Shown: positions 1 to 9,819, counted from the stretch's first letter. The stretch: DNA of 64,000 nucleotides from an uncultured Methanolobus sp. (GCA_963675495.1 OY776215.1:2048001-2112000); one strand, 5' to 3'. The notes: generated from the sequence alone by a model not told the origin. Program-made: numbers and translations.

Positions 1-104
1 TCATATACTGTGGGGCCGCAAACATACATATTCACTTTTTTTCCGCGAAGGGGGATAAATTCCTCCAGACTTCTTGTCAAAGTATTGTATACTTTCAGTG
101 TCAC
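1..104 (-). CDS. cysS: Cysteinyl-tRNA synthetase, N-terminal 34 codons (runs off window start)
   Basis: Manual translation from GTG at 104: [35 protein letters not shown], the canonical CysRS N-terminal motif; SD AAGGAG upstream; absent from the ORF track. Confidence 0.93.
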   Translation of the reverse strand, partial: MTLKVYNTLTRSLEEFIPLRGKKVNMYVCGPTVY

Positions 105-128
105 AGTAAAACTCCTTTATAAATGGGA

Positions 129-201
129 TGCCGAGGGAGAGAATCGAACTCCCGAAAAACCGCTTTGCAGGCGGTCACATTAGCCACTCTGTCACCTCGG
201 C
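129..201 (-). tRNA. tRNA-Cys (GCA)
   Basis: Cloverleaf: acceptor GCCGAGG/CCTCGGC, anticodon arm ACCGC-CTGCAAA-GCGGT, T arm GGGAG-TTCGATT-CTCTC. Confidence 0.93.
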
Positions 202-291
202 ATAAAGGCGCAAAAAATCATTACAATTTATTATAGTCAGTTCACTCTATTTATCCGTTATTATTAATATAGGGTCAAGGGACAAGTTTGT

Positions 292-852
292 TCAATCAAA
301 TAAATAATTACTCCAGTCCACAGACCCCGGTCTGTAAGCCTGTTCGAGTTCTTCTGTTTCTCCTCTCTTAAGTCCCTTTATTATTTTCCCGATATCCTTG
401 AAGGTTCCATCCACAGTTCCTCCTGTCGTATCAAGTTCAAAGACCTTCTCGCACCAGTCCACCGCTTCCGCCAGGATGATGTCCAAGGCTTCTGCTTCGA
501 GGTTTTCCCGTACTTTTTCAACTGAATACTTCCTTTTTTCCAGTCTTCCTTTCAGTTTTGCAGGCGATGTCCTCAGTACAATAACGATATCAGCAATATG
601 GTGCGAAAGATGGCTGTCAACTATGGTGACAGAATATGATTTATCCTGCAGTTCCAGAACCCTTTTATATACCATATCCATGTCAGCAACGACACAGTCC
701 CTTTCAGTATCCACTTCGCAGTAGAGCTTCTCTTCTTTTATGAGCTCGTTAAGGTGGATTACCTGATATAACGGGTCATTTTCCATTAACCTTGTAACAG
801 ATGTCTTTCCTGTTCCCGGTGTTCCTGTGATACCGATAAGCATGATTACCAA
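292..852 (-). CDS. Adenylate kinase family protein (Fap7/hCINAP-like)
   Basis: GTPGTGKT P-loop, VDSHLSH motif, RGY/KY..KV.ENLEAE. Confidence 0.88.
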   Translation of the reverse strand: MVIMLIGITGTPGTGKTSVTRLMENDPLYQVIHLNELIKEEKLYCEVDTERDCVVADMDMVYKRVLELQDKSYSVTIVDSHLSHHIADIVIVLRTSPAKLKGRLEKRKYSVEKVRENLEAEALDIILAEAVDWCEKVFELDTTGGTVDGTFKDIGKIIKGLKRGETEELEQAYRPGSVDWSNYLFD

Positions 853-867
853 TAAGCCTGCAAACGC

Positions 868-1458
868 TTAATCCTTGTGCATACCCTCGATTACCCTGAG
901 GAAGTTTCTGATGATCTTCACTCCTTCATCGGTAAGGATGGATTCCGGATGGAACTGCACTCCATAGATGGGATATTCCTTATGCTCAACGGCCATGATG
1001 ATGTCATCATCTGTCTTCGCGGTAACTTTCAGGTCATCGGCCAGTTCCTTTATGGCAAGGGAATGATATCTTCCGCCCTTGAAACCACCTTTTAGGTTAG
1101 CAAAGAGCGTCGAATTGTCATGGCTTATATCGGACGTTTTACCATGTATCGGTCCTCCAATTGCATGGTCGATGGTCCCTCCAAATGCAGTATTTATGGC
1201 CTGGTGTCCAAAACATACTCCAAGTATGGGAATCTCTGATCCAAATTCTCTGATAATGTCAATACATGTTCCGACATCTTCTGGTTTGTGAGGTGTGCCG
1301 GGTCCAGGTGAAATGATTATCCCATCTGGCTTCATGTCCTTAACCTCTTCAATGGTAATAGTGTTGGTAACGACCACAGTGTCAGGTTCAAATATAGAAA
1401 CAAAGTCCACAAGGTTCCATACGAAGGAGTCTTTATTGTCGATGAACAATATTTTCAT
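868..1458 (-). CDS. trpG: Anthranilate synthase component II
   Basis: IDNKDSFVWN, SPGPG, GVCFGHQ, RYHSL, QFHPES glutamine amidotransferase motifs; operon context. Confidence 0.95.
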   Translation of the reverse strand: MKILFIDNKDSFVWNLVDFVSIFEPDTVVVTNTITIEEVKDMKPDGIIISPGPGTPHKPEDVGTCIDIIREFGSEIPILGVCFGHQAINTAFGGTIDHAIGGPIHGKTSDISHDNSTLFANLKGGFKGGRYHSLAIKELADDLKVTAKTDDDIIMAVEHKEYPIYGVQFHPESILTDEGVKIIRNFLRVIEGMHKD

Positions 1459-3026
1459 TATTGACCTCCTATCGCTTTTATCATTGCAGCCATTTTTCTT
1501 TCCGTTTCATTGTATTCGTATGTCGGGTCCGAGTCAGCCACGATGCCAGCTCCTGCCTGTACATAGGCTGTGTTGTTCTTTATCATCACAGTACGTATGA
1601 CAATTGCAAAATCAGCGTCGCCATTCCATGAATAATATCCTACGCCACCGCCGTATATTCCCCTTGATTCAGGTTCAAGGTCATCTATTATTTCCATTGC
1701 CCTTATCTTCGGTGCACCGGATAATGTTCCGGCAGGGAATATCGCCCTTGTGGCATCGAACTGGTCACATTCGTCCCTTAGATCACCGCTTACAGTGCTC
1801 TCTATATGTTGCAGATGTGAGTATTTCACAACACTCATAAGGTCGTCGACTTTAACAGTTCCACCTTTAGAGACCATCCTGACATCATTGCGTCCAAGAT
1901 CAACGAGCATTACATGTTCAGCACATTCTTTCTTATCTTCCAGCATTTCAGAGGCAAGTTGTTTATCCTCTTTATCATCCTTTCCTCGTGGACATGTACC
2001 CGCTATAGGATTTGTTATTACTTTCCTGTCGTAAACTGTCATAAGGGTTTCAGGACTTGCACCCACGATGCCAATGTCCTTGAAGTTGAAGATATACATG
2101 TAAGGACTTGGATTGATGTTCCTGAGCCTGATGTAGAGTTGCAGGGGTGTTTGCTTCATTTTGACAGTGTATCTTCGGGAGATCACTACCTGGAAAATAT
2201 CACCATCAATGATGTGCTGTTTTGCCTTTAGCACTGCATCCTCATAAGCTGCCTGATCAGTATTTGCAACAGGTTTTTCAGAATCGACCGCAGGAATATC
2301 TTCACTGATTCCTATGACGGATGCCATCTGCAGTGACCTTTCCATCAACAGTGCCTCGGAATACGCATGCTCGTAAACAGCATCCAGGTCACTTGTCTCT
2401 GTCACGAAAGGTGTGATCACTATATAGGTTTCGTTGGTTATGTGATCAAAGACAAAGGTCTTTGACATAATGGCAAAATGCATGTCCGGTGTGTCAGCAT
2501 CGGGCTTTTTGTCGATGTCTAACCAGGAATCATAAACAAGGTCGTAACTGTTGTAACCGATAGCTCCACCCAGGAAGGTCTGCCTGTCAAAACGCTTCTG
2601 ATTCAGGAGTGTTGTATCGGTACTTGTGGGGTATATTTTTCTAAATGCTGCAAGGGCATCATCGCCTTCGCTGATCTTTACCCTGAACTTGCCGCCAATA
2701 AGGGATTCAATGTTTCCCATGGACTTGAGTTTGTTGTAGATATGTTTTGTAAGCTCAGAGTTCATCTGGCATTCGATGGTCAGGTAGTTGTCCTTTATTG
2801 ATACTACCATCTCCGGTTCATAACCTACAAATGAATATCTGGCGTGTCTTTTTTCTTTCTCTACAGATTCAAGCAGATAGGAATGACTTGCATTCTGCAA
2901 AGTTGCGTACAACTGCAGGGGCGTACATATGCTATCCACTTTTGTCATAAGCTGCACGATTGCGGGCTTCTGTGAATTTTTAACAAGGGATGTAAAATCA
3001 TCTTTAGTAAGATCAAAATCAACCAT
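1458..3026 (-). CDS. trpE: Anthranilate synthase component I
   Basis: LLES, NPSPYMY, PIAGT, EHVMLVDLGRND, GTLSGAPKIRAMEII, QAGAGIVADS. Confidence 0.96.
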   Translation of the reverse strand: MVDFDLTKDDFTSLVKNSQKPAIVQLMTKVDSICTPLQLYATLQNASHSYLLESVEKEKRHARYSFVGYEPEMVVSIKDNYLTIECQMNSELTKHIYNKLKSMGNIESLIGGKFRVKISEGDDALAAFRKIYPTSTDTTLLNQKRFDRQTFLGGAIGYNSYDLVYDSWLDIDKKPDADTPDMHFAIMSKTFVFDHITNETYIVITPFVTETSDLDAVYEHAYSEALLMERSLQMASVIGISEDIPAVDSEKPVANTDQAAYEDAVLKAKQHIIDGDIFQVVISRRYTVKMKQTPLQLYIRLRNINPSPYMYIFNFKDIGIVGASPETLMTVYDRKVITNPIAGTCPRGKDDKEDKQLASEMLEDKKECAEHVMLVDLGRNDVRMVSKGGTVKVDDLMSVVKYSHLQHIESTVSGDLRDECDQFDATRAIFPAGTLSGAPKIRAMEIIDDLEPESRGIYGGGVGYYSWNGDADFAIVIRTVMIKNNTAYVQAGAGIVADSDPTYEYNETERKMAAMIKAIGGQ

Positions 3027-3696
3027 TGATACACCTGGCCTCTTCTATAAACCTGCATATCTTTGCAGGATCTTTTGTTCTATTTGTCTCTACACCTGAG
3101 GCAGTGTCCACGGCAAATGGCCTGACCTCTTTTACGGCATCCCGTACATTTTTGGGATTAAGCCCGCCGGCAAGTATTACCGGGATATTTGTATTTTCCA
3201 CTACCTGTCTGCTTATTGACCAGTCATGCACCGCACCTGTGCCTCCACTAGCTCCTGCTTTGCCCGAATCCAGAAGTATGCCGTCTATCAGGTCAGTGTC
3301 AACTAGTGCATCAAGTTCAGACATAATCTCTGCAGGCAGTTCTTTGCTTTCAACAGGTATGGTAAATGTCCTTATGACCTTCTGGTGTGTGCCGTTACGT
3401 ATAATTTCTATTTCTTCAGGGCTGAGCTCATTGTGAAGCTGTACAACATCAGGTTTTACCTTTTCTATAAGTTCCAGTGCCTGTTGTCCGTCAGATGGCA
3501 TTATCACAAGTACCGAGTCCACGAAGAAAGGTACTGTTTTTACAAGCTTTGCTGCTGTTTGTGCATCCAGTTTCCTGTGTGTGTTCACAGGAACCTCTGT
3601 GATAAAACCAACAGCATCAGCTCCATAGCTTACTGCCAGTTCTATGTCTTCAGCAGACTGCATTCCGCATATCTTTACTCTTGGAAGCTGCTTCAT
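3019..3696 (-). CDS. trpF: Phosphoribosylanthranilate isomerase
   Basis: VKICG, GGTG..HDW, LAGGLNP.NV, AVDTASGVE; start re-chosen at ATG 3696 (3708 possible). Confidence 0.93.
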   Translation of the reverse strand: MKQLPRVKICGMQSAEDIELAVSYGADAVGFITEVPVNTHRKLDAQTAAKLVKTVPFFVDSVLVIMPSDGQQALELIEKVKPDVVQLHNELSPEEIEIIRNGTHQKVIRTFTIPVESKELPAEIMSELDALVDTDLIDGILLDSGKAGASGGTGAVHDWSISRQVVENTNIPVILAGGLNPKNVRDAVKEVRPFAVDTASGVETNRTKDPAKICRFIEEARCING

Positions 3697-4711
3697 GTAT
3701 AACCTCATGGACGTTGCCGTTATCACTGAATTCCAGTAGTTTTTCCATGGCTTTACCACTGTCAAGTATATCTTCGATCATTGGAATGGCTTCCTTTACA
3801 GAGCCAGCTTTGCCAGCAACATAAAGGGCTGCAGCGGAGTTGACTACTATGATATCCCTCTTAGGTCCTTTTTCACCTTTGAGAATGTATATTATGTCAA
3901 GTGCATTCTCTTTCGGTGTGCCGCCTACAATATCAGTTGCTTTTGCTCTATTGATTCCCAGTTCTTCAGGAGTGAGCGTATAGGTGCTTATTTTTCCGTC
4001 CTTAAGTTCGGCAACATATGTTTCGGATATATTTGATATCTCATCCATGCCGTCACCGTGGACTACCATTGCCCTTTCAACACCGAGCTTTTTCATTACC
4101 TGAGCAAATGGTTCGCATAACTTCTTGTCAAAAACACCAACAAGCTGAGTTTTTGCATTTGCAGGGTTTGTAAGAGGTCCAAGCATATTAAAAACGGTTC
4201 TGACCCCCATTTCCTGTCTTATGTGTCCGACCCTTTTCATAGCAGGGTGAAATATAGGTGCAAACATGAACCCGATGCCATCTTTTTCGATCGATGCTTT
4301 TACTTGTTCAGGTGATTTGTCCACCTTTATGCCAAGTTCCTTCAGCACATCAGCACTTCCTGAAAGAGAAGTTATGGAACGGTTGCCGTGTTTTGCAACA
4401 GCTACACCGGCTGCTGCAGTTACGATGGCTGCTGCGGTTGAAACATTAATAGTATTGTGCCTGTCACCACCGGTGCCTACGACATCAACAAGCACACCGT
4501 CAACCTCCGGCGCAATTGTATTTGCGGCTTTTTTCATCCCGGTAGCAAAACCTGCAATTTCTTCCGCAGTCTCCCCTTTCATTTTCAGGGCTATGAGCAG
4601 GCCGGCAATTTGTGCATCAGTGGCCTCTGTAAATATCTGTGTGATGGCGTCCTCTGCTTCCTGTATTGTGAGGTTCTGCTTTTCACTTATTTTCTTTATG
4701 TATTCCTTCAT
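3650..4711 (-). CDS. trpD: Anthranilate phosphoribosyltransferase
   Basis: DVVGTGGD, NVST, AKHGNRS, GSADVL, FNMLGPLTNP; ATG 4711 has an AGGTG SD. Confidence 0.96.
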   Translation of the reverse strand: MKEYIKKISEKQNLTIQEAEDAITQIFTEATDAQIAGLLIALKMKGETAEEIAGFATGMKKAANTIAPEVDGVLVDVVGTGGDRHNTINVSTAAAIVTAAAGVAVAKHGNRSITSLSGSADVLKELGIKVDKSPEQVKASIEKDGIGFMFAPIFHPAMKRVGHIRQEMGVRTVFNMLGPLTNPANAKTQLVGVFDKKLCEPFAQVMKKLGVERAMVVHGDGMDEISNISETYVAELKDGKISTYTLTPEELGINRAKATDIVGGTPKENALDIIYILKGEKGPKRDIIVVNSAAALYVAGKAGSVKEAIPMIEDILDSGKAMEKLLEFSDNGNVHEVIHEAASKSKDMRNAVC

Positions 4712-4734
4712 GTGAGCACCTTTAAACACATTAA

Positions 4735-4750
4735 TGTATATATTTGTACA
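4735..4750. promoter_or_regulatory. Candidate tandem TRP boxes (TrpY operator) at the trpD promoter
   Basis: TGTATA-TATT-TGTACA lies between a minus-strand TATA-like element (about 4772-4785) and the trpD start; resembles the TGTACA TRP box. Confidence 0.55.
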
Positions 4751-5127
4751 ATATTGGTTAAAGATGACTAATTATATTTAATACTTATGGCTTTGTCGGC
4801 TTTGCCCATAAAATGGATTCATTTGATTTTTTTTGTGCAGTCTATTGGCTTTACTTGATTTCTTCACTTCATTACTCGAGACTCTCGCCATATTTTTTTC
4901 AGGACTTGGAACATCGTTTCAACAAAATCAAATCACTAACAAATCATTTCTTCATTTTTTTATCAGGTATTGAAGAAATTCATTTTGTAGGGACGTCTTC
5001 TTCCAATGCATCTTTTTTATTTTATCTCGTTTACTATTGAAAAAATAAGGTATAGTTAAATATAAATACATAATGTTGGGTATATCTAACATATAGTTCG
5101 AATTAGACATCTTAAAGGGAGTACACA

Positions 5128-5691
5128 ATGGACGCAGATATATTCGAGTATATGCCAGCAATTATTGGAGCTTCAATAGGAATTATGATTTTCTCCATAT
5201 ACAACATCTGGCGTAAGAGAACTGGATATTATGAGTATGGTGGCAAAAAAAAGACAGAAAAAGTGGCAGAAATAATCGTAATATGTACGATTATTGTGTT
5301 AGTAGCGTTATCTGGTTTGATTTTCTGGGATGTAATCATCCATGGAGAACCTTTCGGTTTTTTCAAATCAGAAACACGTGAAGTGTTGGCCATATTGTTT
5401 CCGGTTTTGCTGATTATTGGAGCTTCAATAGGAACTTTAATTTCCACCATTTATGATATAAGGGACAAAAAAACAGAAGAACCTGAACATGATGAAAGGA
5501 CAGAAAAAGTGGCAGGAAAAGCAGCAAGAAGTACTATTGTAGTGCTAATGGCAGCATGTGCTGTAATTCTCTGGGGGGATATTTTTGGTTTATTCAAATT
5601 CGGAGCACGTGAAACACTTGCAATACTGTTTCCTGTGCTGCTATTTTCAATGTTGGCGTTTGTTAACTACTACAATTCAAAAGAAATTTAA
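5128..5691 (+). CDS. Membrane protein, DUF2178-like, internally duplicated
   Basis: Hydrophobic helices; DERT..V..KAA motif; two copies of an ~84 aa unit. Confidence 0.7.
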   Translation: MDADIFEYMPAIIGASIGIMIFSIYNIWRKRTGYYEYGGKKKTEKVAEIIVICTIIVLVALSGLIFWDVIIHGEPFGFFKSETREVLAILFPVLLIIGASIGTLISTIYDIRDKKTEEPEHDERTEKVAGKAARSTIVVLMAACAVILWGDIFGLFKFGARETLAILFPVLLFSMLAFVNYYNSKEI

Positions 5692-5703
5692 GAAGGAATT
5701 CGC

Positions 5704-6096
5704 ATGAAAATAGAAAAAGACAAACACACGATGCAGTTTTTAGCTACAATTGTGGGAATGCTGCTGTTGGGTCTGGTTTTGTGGCAATTCCAGTTATATG
5801 GGGGTAGCGCAGCACTCATTATTATGGGCACAATGCTTACGATAATATTCCTGTACACTGCTACAAAGCCTCGTGAACACTTTATTCGTGATGAAAGGAC
5901 TGTAAGAATTAATGAAAAGGCAGGATACCATGCTTTTTTGATAGTATTAATATTTATTGCAATTTTGACAGTGATAAGCTGGCACACCGAATTACTTTAC
6001 AAGGATGTTAATGGACCCCTGACTATCATTGCGATATGGCCGTGGCTTATCCTCAGATGGTATTATGATAAAAAGGGGTATGATTCGGACACATGA
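5704..6096 (+). CDS. Membrane protein, DUF2178-like
   Basis: [17 protein letters not shown] motif, 4 TM segments, overlaps the downstream HTH gene. Confidence 0.75.
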   Translation: MKIEKDKHTMQFLATIVGMLLLGLVLWQFQLYGGSAALIIMGTMLTIIFLYTATKPREHFIRDERTVRINEKAGYHAFLIVLIFIAILTVISWHTELLYKDVNGPLTIIAIWPWLILRWYYDKKGYDSDT

Positions 6097-6290
6097 AAAC
6101 CAGGATCAAAGAACTCCGAGCCAGATATAATCTTACTCAGGAAGAGCTTGCGAAAAGGGTTGGAGTGAGGAGAGAAACTATCTTGTTTCTGGAAAAGGGC
6201 AAGTATAATCCTTCTCTGAAATTAGCTTATACCATTGCAAAGGTTTTTGATTCAAAAATAGAGGATGTATTTATTTTTAATGAAGAATGA
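6093..6290 (+). CDS. XRE/Cro-family HTH transcriptional regulator
   Basis: [30 protein letters not shown]. Confidence 0.92.
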   Translation: MKTRIKELRARYNLTQEELAKRVGVRRETILFLEKGKYNPSLKLAYTIAKVFDSKIEDVFIFNEE

Positions 6291-6477
6291 GTTCTGTAGA
6301 CGGCTTCAAATGAACTAAAAACAGAATCAATTAATTATCTGTTTATCTTAGTTGATGATTTCTAGCTAACTAAAAAAGGACACAGTTAAATGAAACTAGG
6401 AAATAACAAACTTGAAAAAGAATAGAAAATAGAATTGGCAGCAAAATAGCAACGAATATAGAATGACTTCAAAAGTA

Positions 6478-6783
6478 TCAGGACAATTTTCCGCAAATTG
6501 CCCTGCCTTTTTCTGTCATCCTGTATGATTTTATTTTGCTGTTCCCTGAAGATAGCTCAGGACCGGCACAGAGCTTTGAACACCCTGTGCAGTTCCCGGC
6601 GCAGCTAACCTCACCTTCAGTTGTACACTCTATGTCGCCTTTTTTTTCCATGATGTTCAGGAGGTCCCTGAACTCATCCTGCCGGAGCTTGAGCTGAACA
6701 GCAATGGTGCTGATGGTGAGATTCTCTTTGGAGTCCATCATTGCAGCTATTCTTTTCAGGAAAAAATTGTAACCGACTACCAT
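6478..6783 (-). CDS. FeoC-like winged-helix protein with Cys cluster
   Basis: wHTH pattern plus CAGNCTGCSKLC; last gene of the feo operon. Confidence 0.7.
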   Translation of the reverse strand: MVVGYNFFLKRIAAMMDSKENLTISTIAVQLKLRQDEFRDLLNIMEKKGDIECTTEGEVSCAGNCTGCSKLCAGPELSSGNSKIKSYRMTEKGRAICGKLS

Positions 6784-7244
6784 TATGCTCCCTCCCTGAA
6801 TACAAGTACTTCATTCAAGGAGAATCTGTCTTTCCAGTGTAGTATTCCTGCAAGTGAAAGTAGTCCAAGGTAGATTCCCGGTCTGAAAGTCTCCATTATA
6901 CTCCATCCTTCGTAGTCATCGGGGACTATAATGGAATCAAGCAGAGTGCCGCCCATTATCAACAGGTATGCTCCCATGAATACAAGGGACATCAATATAC
7001 CTACATAAACGAAGGAGACACCTGCGTTTATTCCCTGTTTCATTTCCTCTAGGCCGTAAAGGAATACTGCTCCTATGACTACAAGACAGAATCCGCCGAG
7101 AATGTCGCCCGAAATGAATAGTTGACTTGCTGTTCCGGTATTTATCCCAAGTCCTTCTGCAATGTGAAATAATCCAAAAATGGTGTACAGGACTCCTGCA
7201 AGTGCTGCAAATATTATTTCTTTATTTCCATGATCTTGTTTCAT
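6783..7244 (-). CDS. Hypothetical membrane protein in feo operon
   Basis: About 4 hydrophobic helices; SD GGAG; stop overlaps the next start (TAATG). Confidence 0.75.
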   Translation of the reverse strand: MKQDHGNKEIIFAALAGVLYTIFGLFHIAEGLGINTGTASQLFISGDILGGFCLVVIGAVFLYGLEEMKQGINAGVSFVYVGILMSLVFMGAYLLIMGGTLLDSIIVPDDYEGWSIMETFRPGIYLGLLSLAGILHWKDRFSLNEVLVFREGA

Positions 7245-7266
7245 TTATATCACTCTCCTATGTGGA

Positions 7267-9288
7267 TCAGGCAAGCAGTTCCATTCTGCTGCCAACCTGG
7301 TATACGACAAATGCACATCCCCATGCCAGGGAGGTTCCATATGCTAACTGGAATAGGGTCCATTTCCACGAACCTGTTTCTCTTTTGATAACTCCTATAC
7401 AGGCAAAACACGGTACATACAGAAGTGTGAACACCATCAATCCCAGGCCTACAAGTGGGGTCATTGCCCCTGCTGCAAGAACAGCTGACAAGTTCTCTTC
7501 GCTTTCACCTGCTCCATAGAGCACTCCCATGGAACCAACTACTATTTCCTTTGCAACGACACCAAAAACTAATGCAACAGCAACTCGCCAATCAAAACCA
7601 AGAGGTGCTACAAGAGGTTCAATGAGTTGTCCAATAACGCCGATTAAAGACTCGGTGGTGCCGTAGATCTCTTCCGAAGCAAAAGCAGCACTAGTTCCGG
7701 GAGCCGGGATAGCAGCCAATAGCCATACTGCCACAACACCTATGAGAATGATAGTTCCTGCTTTTTTGAGATAGATCTTACCTCTTTCCCACATGTGAAT
7801 AGTACTTCCCTTCAGTGTGGGTAATTTATATGAGGGCATTTCCATGATGAACGGAGTATCTTCTCCCTTGACCACCGTGCTTCGCATCAACTTGGCACTT
7901 AATAGGGCAACCACGATTCCAAGAGCATACATGCCAAAGATTACAAGTCCTGCGTCTCTCCCAAAGAATGTACCTGCAAGCAATACATAAACAGGAAGTC
8001 TGGCCCCACATGAAATGAAGGGTGCTACAAGTATTGTAATAAGTCTATCTCGGCTGTCCTCAATGGTACGTGTTGCCATGATAGCAGGTACGTTACATCC
8101 AAATCCCATGATAAGCGGAATGAAGGATTTTCCATGCAATCCTACCTTGCTCATTACCTTGTCCATGATAAACGCAGCTCTTGACATATATCCACTATCT
8201 TCCATAAGAGATAACATGAAGAAGAGCAGCAGGATGTTAGGGAGAAATATCACAACTGAGCCAACACCTGCAATCATACCCTCACCAACAAGTGATGCAA
8301 GCCAAGGAATGGGAATCGCATTTGCAGCTGCTTCGGCAAGCCAACCGAAGAAAACATCAATTATATTCATGAAAGGGGTTCCGAATGTGAAGGTAATCTC
8401 GAATGCAGCCCACATTAAAGAGAGGAATATTGGAATACCGAGATATTTGTTGGTGACTACACGGTCGACCATATCTGAGCCGCTAAGGTGTGATGTGTTG
8501 ATTTCACAAACCTGCTTCAGCATGGTCTGTATGGTCTTATATCGCTGGTCCGCTATTTTAGATTCAAGATTCTCTGCATCATATTTTTTTAGTACCTGGC
8601 TTATCTGAGAATAACTATCACTACCTTGCGCTTTTTTGACAATATTTTCATCGCTCTCAAGTAATTTCACGCTGAACCAGCGTCTAGGGTAGTGAGTGAA
8701 ATATGCATCATTCTTTAAGATGTTAGTGAGTTCATCTATTCCACTTTCGATTTCATCTTCATAGATGAATGCACTTTCAGCAATTCTGGTTTCATCAACT
8801 TCTTCTGTGATAGCAGTGAGAAGTTCGTCAATTCCACCTCCTCTGCTTCCGACGGTGGGTATTACTGGAACTTCGAGGTACTCATGCATTTTCTTGATAT
8901 CAATACTGTCACCTTTTGCAAGCGCAAGGTCTGTCATGTTAAGAGCGATGACCAACTTTACTCCCAGTTCCATTAACTGGGTTGTGAGGTAAAGATTTCT
9001 TTCAAGATTTGTTGCATCTATGACCTGTACTACAACGTCCGGTTTTTCTTCAATTATAAAATCACGTGCAACTATTTCATCAAGAGAATAAGCTGTAAGA
9101 CTATAGGTTCCGGGAAGGTCTTCAATTTCCATTTCAATACCGTTGTGGGTCATGTTCCCCTTTTTTCTTTCAACGGTTACTCCAGGCCAGTTGCCAACGT
9201 GTTGTTTTGAGCCTGTTATTGCATTGAATATGGAGGTCTTTCCAACATTAGGATTGCCAGCAATAGCTACCGTTATTTTTTCTGTCAT
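7267..9288 (-). CDS. feoB: Ferrous iron transport protein B
   Basis: GNPNVGKT, GNWPGVTV, DLPGTYSL, GFGCNVPA, PFISCGARLPVY; start re-chosen at 9288 (SD GGTGA). Confidence 0.97.
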   Translation of the reverse strand: MTEKITVAIAGNPNVGKTSIFNAITGSKQHVGNWPGVTVERKKGNMTHNGIEMEIEDLPGTYSLTAYSLDEIVARDFIIEEKPDVVVQVIDATNLERNLYLTTQLMELGVKLVIALNMTDLALAKGDSIDIKKMHEYLEVPVIPTVGSRGGGIDELLTAITEEVDETRIAESAFIYEDEIESGIDELTNILKNDAYFTHYPRRWFSVKLLESDENIVKKAQGSDSYSQISQVLKKYDAENLESKIADQRYKTIQTMLKQVCEINTSHLSGSDMVDRVVTNKYLGIPIFLSLMWAAFEITFTFGTPFMNIIDVFFGWLAEAAANAIPIPWLASLVGEGMIAGVGSVVIFLPNILLLFFMLSLMEDSGYMSRAAFIMDKVMSKVGLHGKSFIPLIMGFGCNVPAIMATRTIEDSRDRLITILVAPFISCGARLPVYVLLAGTFFGRDAGLVIFGMYALGIVVALLSAKLMRSTVVKGEDTPFIMEMPSYKLPTLKGSTIHMWERGKIYLKKAGTIILIGVVAVWLLAAIPAPGTSAAFASEEIYGTTESLIGVIGQLIEPLVAPLGFDWRVAVALVFGVVAKEIVVGSMGVLYGAGESEENLSAVLAAGAMTPLVGLGLMVFTLLYVPCFACIGVIKRETGSWKWTLFQLAYGTSLAWGCAFVVYQVGSRMELLA

Positions 9289-9324
9289 TCTGTCACCATC
9301 ATGAGTTGGATCTGATCTTTCCAA

Positions 9325-9561
9325 TTATTCAAGTACCTCGACCAGGATGGTCCCTGCCTCTCTTTTTCTAAGAGAAAGATTGTAACCTTTAAGCTTGAAC
9401 TCCACAGGGTCCCCCAGGGGTGCCCTGCGAATAACATCCACCCTTGTTCCCGGGGTGAGTCCCATATCAAGAATTCTCTTTCTTGAGGACTTTTGCCCTG
9501 CTACTTTCAGAACCTTCACGGATGTTTCAGGTTCGATGAAATCCAGTGTTTTTTCCTTCAT
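9325..9561 (-). CDS. feoA: Ferrous iron transport protein A
   Basis: RILDMGLTPGT.V.V.RRAPLGDP. Confidence 0.95.
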   Translation of the reverse strand: MKEKTLDFIEPETSVKVLKVAGQKSSRKRILDMGLTPGTRVDVIRRAPLGDPVEFKLKGYNLSLRKREAGTILVEVLE

Positions 9562-9587
9562 TTTGTAACCTTTTGTTCTCTTATTTT

Positions 9588-9605
9588 TTGTAGGTAGGCC
9601 TACAA
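9588..9605. promoter_or_regulatory. DtxR/IdeR-like palindromic operator upstream of feoA
   Basis: TTGTAGG-TAGG-CCTACAA inverted repeat just downstream of a minus-strand TATA element (about 9618-9626). Confidence 0.6.
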
Positions 9606-9819
9606 TGTGTAACCGGGTATATATTATTTTCTGTTGACTTGAATTAATAGGTCTATTTACAATATGTATGCATGCAAACGTCGGTTGTAAATAAGCAAGA
9701 ACAGGACTGTCCGAACGGAGTCAAAAAAGATGGCCAAGACTACAGGTTTGAAATTGAAAATTCGATGTAGAAAAAGAAAACTGCAGTCGGATGCTGCAGA
9801 TTAAAAAGAAATGAAATAT

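Noticed and set aside
4813-5161. ORFs 4813-5040 and 4952-5161
   Set aside because: AT-rich divergent promoter region, low-complexity translations, no SD
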